From NCBI GenBank assembly GCA_001443495.1, contig LDXR01000017.1, forward strand, positions 2,384 through 66,383: a DNA stretch of 64,000 nucleotides, given 5' to 3'. Position numbers and translations under genes: made by a program. The notes beneath the pieces were generated by a model. That model saw only the letters and a list, made by a program, of their open reading frames with translations, searched no databases and was not told the DNA's origin. Shown piece after piece: positions 49,327-58,131 of the stretch (its first letter is position 1; each line of letters begins with the position of its first letter). The stretch is from a candidate division NC10 bacterium CSP1-5. GTDB taxonomy: Bacteria > Methylomirabilota > Methylomirabilia > Methylomirabilales > CSP1-5.

Positions 49327-50691
49327 ATGGAACAGCTCGCCCGCTACCCGCTGGTGAAGACACTGATTGAGCGCCGCTCGCGCCGATTTGGTAAGGGGAT
49401 GTGCCTGAACGGGGGACCCCTCGCCTATGCCAGCGCCTACTCCCCAGAGCCGCTGAGTCTCGAAGAAGAAGCGGCGTTGGCCTTTGCTGCCTGCGGCATT
49501 ACCGGGTACGCCCTCGCCGAGCTTCCGTACGAGACCGGCGAGGTGCCGGAGGCGGGGGGTGGCAACATTATGATCGGCTTCATCGGCCGCACCGTGGCCA
49601 GCGGCCATGCCTTGCACTATGTGACCGTCTTTGTCGTCAATGATGATGGTGTGTGGATGCTCAAGCGCCCTCAGGATTATCGACAAACCGAAATCGCGAG
49701 CCTGATCCAAGCTGCACATGAATGCAAGTTCGTCGAGCTGTACGAAAAGAGCCGGGTCCGTATCGCCGACCGGCGCCTGGATGTGCCACGCCAAAAACCC
49801 TTCGTGCCGCCATTCAACAAGTGGTCAGCCAATCTGCCAGGTACGACCTACTTTTTATGCGTCAACGAGTTCACCGCCGACTACATCAATGTGATGCTGG
49901 CGGCTTTCGGCGAGGAGTTCGGCTACTTCGTGGTGGACGAGCGCAACCGCTTCGAACCGGCGGGCATCGCCAAGTTCGCCGTCTCTCGGGGCGGTCACCT
50001 CCAGGACGATCCCAAACACGGCCTCGTGGCAACACTCGGTTTCTTCGAAACGTGGCTCTACGAATTCGCGGCCATCGAACAAGGCGGAATCCTCCAGAAC
50101 CTAGGCCTGATGAGCCAGGCTCTTGGGCTAGGGGGCTTCCCCCATTTCGCGGCCCATCCGTTCATCTGGTTTCAGACCCTCGGGTTTCGCATGGAAGAGA
50201 TCCCCTTTTCGCGGACGATCGGTGCCGGGCCAGTGACCAGACGGCTCCTGTGGCTGCTCAGGAAGGACGTGCCTGTTCCGACAGCGGTGGGGTTGGAGCG
50301 GGACGGTGAGGTGCTTATCAAGCCGTACTGCCCGCCCTACTACCGCAACATGGAGGAGGCGGTCCTGGCCTTTGTGGACTTCAAATACGGGGAGGGCACG
50401 GGCATTTTTCGCGACGGCGGGGCGGTGACGGGATGGAGGGATGGCGCCGCGGTGCAGGCCGCCATTCCGCGGTACTCCGACAGGGCCATCGCAGCAACGA
50501 TCGCCTACTGCGAGTACGTGTATAACCGCTACGGGCGTTTCCCCGCCCACAGCGGTCCTTTCCGTACCATCCTTGCCTATCAGGCCCATCACCTGGATCC
50601 GGATTTCTATGAAAGGTTCTACGGGCCCGCAGCGCTCACCGATACCCAGCGTGACCATCGGGCGGCCTGGCATCGCCACGCCGGCGCGTGA
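49327..50691 (+). CDS. nitroreductase-fold (FMN oxidoreductase-like) protein of unknown function (454 aa)
   Basis: N-terminal RRSRRF motif (TLIERRSRRFGKG) and a distal AIEQGGILQNLGLMSQALGLGGF segment, both typical of the nitroreductase/SagB-like fold. This is my pattern judgement, not a search result. Confidence 0.6.
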   Translation: MEQLARYPLVKTLIERRSRRFGKGMCLNGGPLAYASAYSPEPLSLEEEAALAFAACGITGYALAELPYETGEVPEAGGGNIMIGFIGRTVASGHALHYVTVFVVNDDGVWMLKRPQDYRQTEIASLIQAAHECKFVELYEKSRVRIADRRLDVPRQKPFVPPFNKWSANLPGTTYFLCVNEFTADYINVMLAAFGEEFGYFVVDERNRFEPAGIAKFAVSRGGHLQDDPKHGLVATLGFFETWLYEFAAIEQGGILQNLGLMSQALGLGGFPHFAAHPFIWFQTLGFRMEEIPFSRTIGAGPVTRRLLWLLRKDVPVPTAVGLERDGEVLIKPYCPPYYRNMEEAVLAFVDFKYGEGTGIFRDGGAVTGWRDGAAVQAAIPRYSDRAIAATIAYCEYVYNRYGRFPAHSGPFRTILAYQAHHLDPDFYERFYGPAALTDTQRDHRAAWHRHAGA

Positions 50692-50753
50692 AAGGGGTGG
50701 GACGCGTGTGGGTCCGAAACTTGCACCGGGGGAGTGCGGGAGATAGAACCCCC

Positions 50754-51791
50754 ATGAAGGCTTGGTGGAGAAGAGGGCCTAAAGCCAAGACGATCACCCT
50801 GGCCCTGCAGGGTGGTGGCGCCCACGGCGCATATACCTGGGGCGTGCTCGACCGGCTCCTCGCGGATCCGCGCATTGTCATCGAGGGCGTCAGCGCGACC
50901 AGCGCTGGGGCGATGAACGCGGCGGTCCTGGCCCAGGGGCTGATGACCGGCGGCACGCAAGGTGGCCGTGCCGCTCTCGAGTCCTTCTGGCACGGTGTCA
51001 GCGGCGCCGCCCAGACAGCTCCTTTTCAATCGACGTGGCTGAGCCGTTGGTTGGGGAGCTGGAACATGGGCTGCTTCCCTGCCACCTTGGCTCTTGACGT
51101 CGTGCCCCCCATGTTTTCACCCTACAAGCTGAACCCGTTTAATCTGAATCCGTTACGCGACCTGCTGGTCAAGACGATCGATTTCGACCGCCTCAAGGAC
51201 TGCAGCCCGGTCAAGCTCTTCATCTCGGCGAGCAACGTGCGTAGCGGCAGGATCAAGGTCTTCGAAACCCGGGAGCTGTCCGCAGACGTGCTGATGGCTT
51301 CGGCGTCCCTGCCGCTCCTCTTCCGGGCGGTCGAGATCGACGGCGAGGCCTACTGGGACGGCGGATATATGGGGAATCCGGCGATCTTTCCCCTCATCTA
51401 CGACTGCGAATCCCGGGACGTGCTGATCGTCCGCGTTACCCCGATCCGGCGAGAGGAGGTGCCCAAGACTGCGCGGGAGATTCTGAATCGGATAAACGAG
51501 ATCAGCTTCAATTCCTCTCTCATGCGCGAGATGCGGGCCATTGCCTTTGTCACCCGCCTGATCGACGAGGGCGTGGTGAAGAAACGAAGACTGAAGCGCA
51601 TCCTCGTCCACGACATCGACGCCGAGCCGTACATGGCTCAGCTTGCCTTTTCCAGCAAGCTCGATCCTCATTGGCACTTCCTCATGCACTTGCGGGACAT
51701 CGGACGCGAGAGCGCCGATCGGTGGATCCAGACCAACTTCGATAAGGTGGGCGTCGAGTCCTCGATAGATCTCCGGGCGGAATTCCTGTAA
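50754..51791 (+). CDS. patatin-like phospholipase
   Basis: ATG 50754. Oxyanion LQGGGAHGAYTWG, nucleophile elbow VSATSAGA, and the Asp of the dyad in YWDGGYMGNP. Confidence 0.85.
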   Translation: MKAWWRRGPKAKTITLALQGGGAHGAYTWGVLDRLLADPRIVIEGVSATSAGAMNAAVLAQGLMTGGTQGGRAALESFWHGVSGAAQTAPFQSTWLSRWLGSWNMGCFPATLALDVVPPMFSPYKLNPFNLNPLRDLLVKTIDFDRLKDCSPVKLFISASNVRSGRIKVFETRELSADVLMASASLPLLFRAVEIDGEAYWDGGYMGNPAIFPLIYDCESRDVLIVRVTPIRREEVPKTAREILNRINEISFNSSLMREMRAIAFVTRLIDEGVVKKRRLKRILVHDIDAEPYMAQLAFSSKLDPHWHFLMHLRDIGRESADRWIQTNFDKVGVESSIDLRAEFL

Positions 51792-51875
51792 GGTACGCCA
51801 ATTGGCCCACGAACGCCGGCTCTACTGAACGGCGAACGCCTTTTCGGCCGCCCATGAAGGGGTTTTTGCTGGGAG

Positions 51876-52310
51876 GTGCGTAACATTCGGCTGCTTTTCG
51901 TATGTATGGGCAATATCTGTCGAAGTCCGATGGCCGCCGGTCTCGCCCAGCGCATGCTTGAGGGGCGCGGCGAGGCCGAGAGCGCCGGCATTGCACCCTT
52001 CGGGCACCGGGCCGCCGCTGAGACCATTCGCCTGATGCGGCAGGAGGGGATCGATCTCTCTGATCATAAACCACGACAGGTTTTGGATGTGTGTTTCGAA
52101 GACTACGACTATGTCGTGTCGCTGGACCCCTACGTTCACAGGCACTTGAAGGAACGCTGCGGGGTCGCGCCGATGAAGCTTGTCTCATGGGAGATTGACG
52201 ATCCGTACGGACAGGGCATGGACACCTACCAGAAGAGTTTCGAATCGATTCGGTCCCATCTGGAAGATTTTCTCGCCCAACTCGGGCTTCCCTTTGGAGG
52301 AGACCGCTAA
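51876..52310 (+). CDS. low-molecular-weight protein tyrosine phosphatase / ArsC-like
   Basis: CX5R(S/T) P-loop LLFVCMGNICRSP and the DP loop IDDPYG. GTG start, with its position uncertain by a few codons. Confidence 0.8.
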   Translation: MRNIRLLFVCMGNICRSPMAAGLAQRMLEGRGEAESAGIAPFGHRAAAETIRLMRQEGIDLSDHKPRQVLDVCFEDYDYVVSLDPYVHRHLKERCGVAPMKLVSWEIDDPYGQGMDTYQKSFESIRSHLEDFLAQLGLPFGGDR

Positions 52311-52314
52311 GGGT

Positions 52315-52830
52315 ATGACACGCTGGGTGAAGGTGGGTGTCCTGTGGGTTCTGGCGGCGGGAGCGTTGGGGATCGCCGCCGGGCGATTGAATGCCTGGCT
52401 CCTCGATAATGTCAACCTCGTCTTTCACGAGGCGGGCCACGTCCTCTTTGCTCTCGGAGGCGAATTCATCGGGATCTTGGGGGGTAGCGTGATGCAGGTC
52501 CTGATTCCCGTAGTCTGTGGCGTGGCCCTCCTGCAGCGGGGTGACCCCTTTGGTGTGGCCCTGTGCGGCTTGTGGACGGGCCAGAGCATGGTCAATGTAG
52601 CCGTCTATGTCGGCGACGCACGGCAACTGGCCCTGCCCCTCTTAGGGGGCGAGCACGTCATTCACGACTGGAACTACCTCTTGGGAAAACTTGGCCTCCT
52701 CGAGTGGGACCGATTCCTGGCCGGAATGATCACACTGATGGCTGTGCTGACGATCCTCGCCTCGGCAGCGCTCGGGACGCTCACCCTCCTCTCGGATCAC
52801 AGATCCCGAAGCATCGCGGTCCAAGAATAG
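52315..52830 (+). CDS. small polytopic membrane protein with an HExxH motif (putative zinc metallopeptidase-like)
   Basis: ATG 52315 lies 4 nt after the phosphatase stop. FHEAGHVLF follows the first TM helix, and further hydrophobic helices follow. Confidence 0.55.
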   Translation: MTRWVKVGVLWVLAAGALGIAAGRLNAWLLDNVNLVFHEAGHVLFALGGEFIGILGGSVMQVLIPVVCGVALLQRGDPFGVALCGLWTGQSMVNVAVYVGDARQLALPLLGGEHVIHDWNYLLGKLGLLEWDRFLAGMITLMAVLTILASAALGTLTLLSDHRSRSIAVQE

Positions 52831-52918
52831 GCAGGACGCAGACCGATTCCTCCGTGTCCCGTTGAAAGACAGACCACTCGATGGTATCATGGAATCCTTG
52901 AGAGAGGAGGTCATCAGC

Positions 52919-53914
52919 ATGCGATACAGCACAAGCGTTCTTGTCGGGGCGCTCATCCTCATCATGGGTCAGGCCGCTTGGGCCGGGGGGTCGAACTACG
53001 GGATCACGCCAGGGGCGAAAACGTCCATCGAGGGCAAGATCTCGGAATGGCCGGTGCCCACACCCCGCTTCGCGCGTGACCCCGCTCCGGGACCTGACGG
53101 CAACATCTACATCGCGGTGATGTCCGGGAATAAGATTGCGCGCTTCGACCCCCGCTCGAAGACCTTCACAGAGTGGGATCTCCCGAAGGGGGCGCAGCCG
53201 CACGGCCTGTTCGTGGACGCGGGCGGCCATGTCTGGTACACGGGAAACGGCAACGGCACCATCGGCCGGCTCGATCCGTCTACGGGCAAGGTGGTGGAGT
53301 ACAAGGCGCCATCGGGAGGCGATCCGCACACGCTCGTCACCGATGGGCAGGGGGTAATCTGGTTTACGGTGCAGCGCGGAAGCCGCATCGGGCGCCTGGA
53401 CACCCGCACGGGAAAGATCACCGAGTATCCGACCGCCGGTCGTCCGTACGGCATCGCGCTTGATCAGGCGGGGAATGTCTGGTTCTGCCAGATCGGCGCC
53501 GGAAAGCTGGGGAAGCTCGACCCAAAGACGGGCGCCATGACCGAACTGGCGCTGGATCCGGACTCGCAGCCGCGTCGCATGGCGACGGCTCCGGACGGGT
53601 CCCTGTGGGTCACCCTGTACGGCAAGGGGACGCTGATTCGCGTCGACCCCCGCGCCGGGAAGGTGCTCAAAGAGTACCCACTGCCCGCGGGCCGGAGCGG
53701 GGGGCCGTATGCGGTGACGATGGACGGGGCGGGCGTGGTCTGGGCCAACGAGATTCACGCGAACACCGTGGTGCGGCTGGATCCCAAGACGGAGCAGATC
53801 CGAGCGTTCCCATTACCCTCGGGCGACGTCGGTGTCCGCAAGATGATCGTGGATGCCCAGGGACGGCTCTGGTATATGGGGAGCCACAACGGCCGCCTCG
53901 GCGTCATCGAGTAG
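52919..53914 (+). CDS. secreted beta-propeller protein, virginiamycin B lyase (Vgb)-like repeats
   Basis: ATG 52919 follows GAGAGGAGG. Signal peptide MRYSTSVLVGALILIMGQAAWA. Repeated ~40-aa blades (G.VW.T......I.R.DP.TG...E.). Confidence 0.75.
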   Translation: MRYSTSVLVGALILIMGQAAWAGGSNYGITPGAKTSIEGKISEWPVPTPRFARDPAPGPDGNIYIAVMSGNKIARFDPRSKTFTEWDLPKGAQPHGLFVDAGGHVWYTGNGNGTIGRLDPSTGKVVEYKAPSGGDPHTLVTDGQGVIWFTVQRGSRIGRLDTRTGKITEYPTAGRPYGIALDQAGNVWFCQIGAGKLGKLDPKTGAMTELALDPDSQPRRMATAPDGSLWVTLYGKGTLIRVDPRAGKVLKEYPLPAGRSGGPYAVTMDGAGVVWANEIHANTVVRLDPKTEQIRAFPLPSGDVGVRKMIVDAQGRLWYMGSHNGRLGVIE

Positions 53915-54916
53915 GTGCCGTCGGTGGGGTATCGGGTTGAGCGACAGGTGGCGGTGGAAGCCGTCCGGCAGGCGTGCCATCTCTGCGAATCGGTCCGGGC
54001 GTCGCTCATCTCGCAGGGGACGATAGCGAAAGCGGACCGGTCTCCGGTCACGGTAGCCGATTTCGGTGCCCAGGCCGTCGTCAACCTGGCCCTGCGTATC
54101 GCCTTTCCAGACGATCCCATCATGGCCGAAGAGGATGCCGCGTTCCTCCGGACCTCCTCGGGCGCGGCCCTCAGAGCCAGCCTCTGTCGCCACGTTCGGG
54201 CCGTTGTGCCGGGCGTGGCTGACGATACGGTGCTCTCCGCCATCGACCAGGGGGCGTGGGAGGGCGGACCCGCCGGCCGCTACTGGGCCCTCGACCCAAT
54301 TGACGGGACCAAGGGATTTCTTCGCGGTGAGCAGTATGCGATTGCCCTCGCGCTGATCGAGGATGGCGAGGTGGTCCTGGGGGTCCTCGGCTGTCCGAAC
54401 CTCCCCGCCGATCCCAGCTATCCTGACGGACGCAAGGGTTGCCTGTTTAGCGCTGTCAATGGACACGGTGCGACGATGCAGTGGATCGACGACTCCACGG
54501 TACGGAAGATCACGGTGACGGAGATTACGGATCCCACGGCAGCTTCGTTCTGCGAGTCGGTCGAGGACTCTCATTCGTCGCACCGAAACGCCGCACGCGT
54601 CGCGTCCCTCCTTGGGATGGCCGCTCCGCCCCTACGCATCGATAGCCAGTGTAAGTACGCGGTACTTGCACGCGGTGACGTCTCGGTCTACCTGCGACTG
54701 CCTACCCAGGCCGACTACGAGGAGAAGAACTGGGATCACGCCGCCGGCTGGATCATCGTCAAGGAGGCGGGAGGGGAAGTGAGCGACGTCCAGGGTCAGC
54801 CGCTGGACTTCTCCCTCGGGCGGACCTTGCGCCGTAACAGAGGCGTGGTAGCAACCAACGGCAGGCTCCACGCGCACGTCATCGCCGCCCTTGGACGCGT
54901 TCTCGGGTCCGGCTGA
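53915..54916 (+). CDS. cysQ: 3'(2'),5'-bisphosphate nucleotidase (inositol monophosphatase superfamily, HAL2/CysQ type)
   Basis: KADRSPVTVADFGAQAVV, PIMAEED, and WALDPIDGTKGFLRGEQYA (the metal-binding DPIDGT motif). Confidence 0.8.
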   Translation: MPSVGYRVERQVAVEAVRQACHLCESVRASLISQGTIAKADRSPVTVADFGAQAVVNLALRIAFPDDPIMAEEDAAFLRTSSGAALRASLCRHVRAVVPGVADDTVLSAIDQGAWEGGPAGRYWALDPIDGTKGFLRGEQYAIALALIEDGEVVLGVLGCPNLPADPSYPDGRKGCLFSAVNGHGATMQWIDDSTVRKITVTEITDPTAASFCESVEDSHSSHRNAARVASLLGMAAPPLRIDSQCKYAVLARGDVSVYLRLPTQADYEEKNWDHAAGWIIVKEAGGEVSDVQGQPLDFSLGRTLRRNRGVVATNGRLHAHVIAALGRVLGSG

Positions 54917-54918
54917 AG

Positions 54919-55689
54919 TCAGCAGTCGTGTCCGGGGTTGCGGGATTCCGCAGTGGAGGGGTTCCGCGAGGGAGATGCGCTCGATTGCTGGCCCGGGCGT
55001 GGGGTTGCCTCCGACACGGGGCGGCGGCTCCGCCGCTGGGCGATCCATTTTCCGATCACGATGACTGCCAGGGTGAACGCGGCCTCAACGAGTCGCCTGA
55101 TCACCCAGTGCTCCATGCCCAGGAGCAGGGCGGCCTTCGTGTCATTCACGACCATGTGACCCGCGGTCCACCCCAGAACGCCCGCGCCGACGTACACCAG
55201 CCCGGGGTAGCGATCCATCAGGCGGGCAATCCAGCCGGCGCAAAACATGATAATGGGGATGCTGAGGCCCAGCCCGAAGAGGATAAGGCCGAAATCCCCG
55301 CCAGAGGCCCCACCGATCGCCAGGATATTGTCGGTGCTCATGATGAAATCGGCGACGGCGATGATCCAGATCGCGTGCCAGAAGTCCTTGGCCGCCTGGC
55401 CGTGGGATTCATCGACCGCTTTCTGATCGAGCAGGAGCTTGACGGCGATCCAGCCGACCAGGAGGCCACCGATGGCGCTCAGGAAGGGGATTCGCAGGAG
55501 TTGGGCAACGGCGAAGGTGACGGCGACCCGGATAAAGACCGCGAGTCCGGCACCGGTGATGATGGCGACGCGGCGCTGAGTCGGCGGGAGGGTCCTGGCG
55601 GCCATTGCGATGATGAGCGCGTTGTCCCCAGCCAGGACGATATCGATGAGCGTGATCGACGCGAAACGCAGGACATACTCGAGGTCCAT
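54919..55689 (-). CDS. TerC family integral membrane protein
   Basis: ITLIDIVLAGDNALIIAMAA and DFIMSTDNILAIGGAS form the duplicated TerC motif. Confidence 0.85.
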   Translation of the reverse strand: MDLEYVLRFASITLIDIVLAGDNALIIAMAARTLPPTQRRVAIITGAGLAVFIRVAVTFAVAQLLRIPFLSAIGGLLVGWIAVKLLLDQKAVDESHGQAAKDFWHAIWIIAVADFIMSTDNILAIGGASGGDFGLILFGLGLSIPIIMFCAGWIARLMDRYPGLVYVGAGVLGWTAGHMVVNDTKAALLLGMEHWVIRRLVEAAFTLAVIVIGKWIAQRRSRRPVSEATPRPGQQSSASPSRNPSTAESRNPGHDC

Positions 55690-55756
55690 TCGACCCCTCA
55701 GGCGGAGTTACCCGCCCTCCAAACCCTCTTACTCATAATCGATACCCTGCCGATTG

Positions 55757-57088
55757 TCAAATGAATAGCGACGAAGGCTTGCCCCCCTTCGAGCGAAGGT
55801 ATCTAAACCGCCGGAACGACATCCAGAGTAAACCGGCGCCAATCACGGCAGCGGGAACACCCAGGATAAAGCGCTGCCGGACCCTCGCCCTCTCCCTTAA
55901 CGTCCCGAGGACCATCCGATCCCCCCAGGCGATCTCCGTGCGACCTGCCAGGGTCTGCAAGAGACGGCCCTTCATCTCTGCGGAAATCTCCATCTCCCCC
56001 CATGTGACCTTTAGGTGCATGTCTTGAAGGCGCTTGAGCTCCGCCTCGGCCCTCCGGATCGAGTCGATGGAATGCAGATAGGTCTCTCGTTCCACCCGAG
56101 ACAGAAAGGCCAGATTGATTTCAGGAACGGCCCTGTCAGCGAGGTCGAGCCAGAGATGGCTCCCCCGTGGATGGATCATGAGGTAGAGGGCTGCCAGCAG
56201 CAGGAGAACGGAACCGCCCATGACCGTTCCCCATAAGTAGCGATGACCTTCTCCGGCGCGGATGCGGCTCAGGTGGCGGGGGAGGATCCTGGCGATGGCG
56301 CTGAGGATGAGGATGAGACCGAAGGTGCAGACAACCGTCGCACCCGTCGGAAGATCCCACACGTAGGAGCCACTGAGACCGACCACGCTGGCGGCGAATC
56401 CCAAGACCCAGCCGATAGCAAGGCGAGGGCCGACGCGGACCGAGAAAAAGGATCCGCAGACCGCAGGGACGATGAGGTACGAGAAGACCAGGAGGACCCC
56501 GGCGATCTGCACGGAACTGGTGACCACAAAGCCGAAAGAGATGTAAAAGAGGAAATCCCAGAAACGGATCCAGAGTCCTTGCCGGTCGGCCTCCTGAGGG
56601 TCAAGGCTGATGAGGAGAAACCGATGACGGAAGACCCAGTGAAAAAGGCCGATGCCGCCATAGAGAAGGAGGAGGGTAAAGGTCTCTTGGGCGGAGACGG
56701 TCAGGATACTGCCCACCAGGATGTACTTGATGTGCTCGGCTCCATGGGGGGCACGGTCCACGGCTAGCACGGCTGCACCCGCGGAGACGGCATAGACGAT
56801 GCCGATGATCGCCTCCTGGGGTATCCTCCCGCCCTTCATCCTGGACAGGGAGAAGATGGCCGCCCCGAGAAAGGTGAAGGCTAACGAGGTAAAGTAGGCC
56901 GCCGTGCTTTGCAGGCCGTATCCCGCCAGGAAGGCAAAGGTGACCCCCAGGGCCGCGATCTGGGCTAACGCGAGATCCACAAAGATCACTCCCCGCTCGA
57001 TGACGTGAAGACCCAGGTACGCGTGGATCCCGGTGAGGAGGAGGCACGCGAAGAAGGGGACGGTGAGAAGCTCGAGTGCCTGGTTCAT
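55757..57088 (-). CDS. metal (Zn/Mn) ABC transporter permease, ABC-3 family, with a ~170-aa C-terminal extension
   Basis: The first ~270 aa are ZnuB/MntB-like (FFACLLLTGIHAYLGLHVIERGVIFVDLALAQIAALG). The extension has two extra hydrophobic helices flanking a charged ~110-aa segment. Confidence 0.85.
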   Translation of the reverse strand: MNQALELLTVPFFACLLLTGIHAYLGLHVIERGVIFVDLALAQIAALGVTFAFLAGYGLQSTAAYFTSLAFTFLGAAIFSLSRMKGGRIPQEAIIGIVYAVSAGAAVLAVDRAPHGAEHIKYILVGSILTVSAQETFTLLLLYGGIGLFHWVFRHRFLLISLDPQEADRQGLWIRFWDFLFYISFGFVVTSSVQIAGVLLVFSYLIVPAVCGSFFSVRVGPRLAIGWVLGFAASVVGLSGSYVWDLPTGATVVCTFGLILILSAIARILPRHLSRIRAGEGHRYLWGTVMGGSVLLLLAALYLMIHPRGSHLWLDLADRAVPEINLAFLSRVERETYLHSIDSIRRAEAELKRLQDMHLKVTWGEMEISAEMKGRLLQTLAGRTEIAWGDRMVLGTLRERARVRQRFILGVPAAVIGAGLLWMSFRRFRYLRSKGGKPSSLFI

Positions 57089-58059
57089 CTGCCGCTCTCT
57101 TGCCTCTTGGGAATGCCGGCCTCCCGAAAGGCGCTTACGAGCCGGGAGATGTCATAGTCAAAGAGCGCGATGTAGTCGGCGATCCCCTCGGCGCCACCCA
57201 CCGACGGGGAAAGCTTTACAACAGCCGCCCCCGTCTTCTCGGCCAACAGGCGAGGAACGGAGTCACTGAAGTAGGGCTCCATCACGATGATCTTCACCTG
57301 GTGGTGTGACATCCGCTCGATGAGGGAGCCGATATGGGCGGGGGAGGGGGGAACGCCGGGGTTCGCTTCCACAAAGCCCACTACCTCAAGGCCGAAGCGT
57401 TTCGCAAAATAGGGCCAACTGTTATGGTAGGAGACGACGCGGGTACCATGATAGGGGGCTGTCTCCCGAAGCCAGCGCTCCAGCGCCCGGTCCACGCGAT
57501 CCAGAAAGGTTGCCCGGTTTTGACCGAAGCGGTCGGCATCACCAGGGGAGAGGCGGCTGAGTGCCTTGAGGATATTGGCGGTGATGGGGCGCGCATTGGC
57601 GGGGTCAAGCCAGTAGTGGGTATTCCCGAAGCCGTGGATATGTCCCGGCGTTCGCCCCGCGCGTGGGACCTCAGTCTCCAGAAGCGGGACATCTCGGGAA
57701 GCATCGAGATGACCCTCGCCCCCGGGGAAAAGACGCGCGTTACCCGCTCGCTGCAAGAGTCTCCCGGCCCAGGGCTCGTGGTCGAGCCCGATCCGGACAA
57801 AGAGCTCCGCTCCTTTCAGCTTGACGAGATGGCTCGGCCGGATCTCGAGGTCGTGGGGGTCTTTGTCACCGGTCGCGACGCTCTCCACATCCACGCGGTC
57901 TCCACCGACGGCCTCGACGAGGGCCTTGAGATCGGGAGTGGTGGTCACCACGCGGATCTTCTTCCCTGTCTCAGGGATCCCCCAGCTTGGCCAAAATATC
58001 CAGCAGGTTAGAAGGAGGATTGCAGCCTTCGTAACGAGTTTCAAGAGAAGGCTTTGCAT
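57085..58059 (-). CDS. metal ABC transporter substrate-binding protein (ZnuA/TroA family)
   Basis: Signal/anchor sequence, then IRVVTTTPDLKALVEAVGG..DPHDLEIRP..NTHYWLDPANA..YHNSWPYFAKRFGL. Confidence 0.85.
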   Translation of the reverse strand: MQSLLLKLVTKAAILLLTCWIFWPSWGIPETGKKIRVVTTTPDLKALVEAVGGDRVDVESVATGDKDPHDLEIRPSHLVKLKGAELFVRIGLDHEPWAGRLLQRAGNARLFPGGEGHLDASRDVPLLETEVPRAGRTPGHIHGFGNTHYWLDPANARPITANILKALSRLSPGDADRFGQNRATFLDRVDRALERWLRETAPYHGTRVVSYHNSWPYFAKRFGLEVVGFVEANPGVPPSPAHIGSLIERMSHHQVKIIVMEPYFSDSVPRLLAEKTGAAVVKLSPSVGGAEGIADYIALFDYDISRLVSAFREAGIPKRQESGR

Positions 58060-58131
58060 CTGCTGAACGAGAAAATCGGGCGGCCTCGGGACCGTCCCGC
58101 TGGCCGCCCTCTGGGTTCATGGTGGCGGACG

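Noticed and set aside
50688-50753. An upstream GTG start for the patatin gene, overlapping the preceding stop.
   Set aside because: The added 22 residues (MKGVGRVWVRNLHRGSAGDRTP) are not patatin-like. ATG 50754 gives the family-typical short N-terminus before the GGGxxG oxyanion motif. The coupling option is kept only as an alternative.
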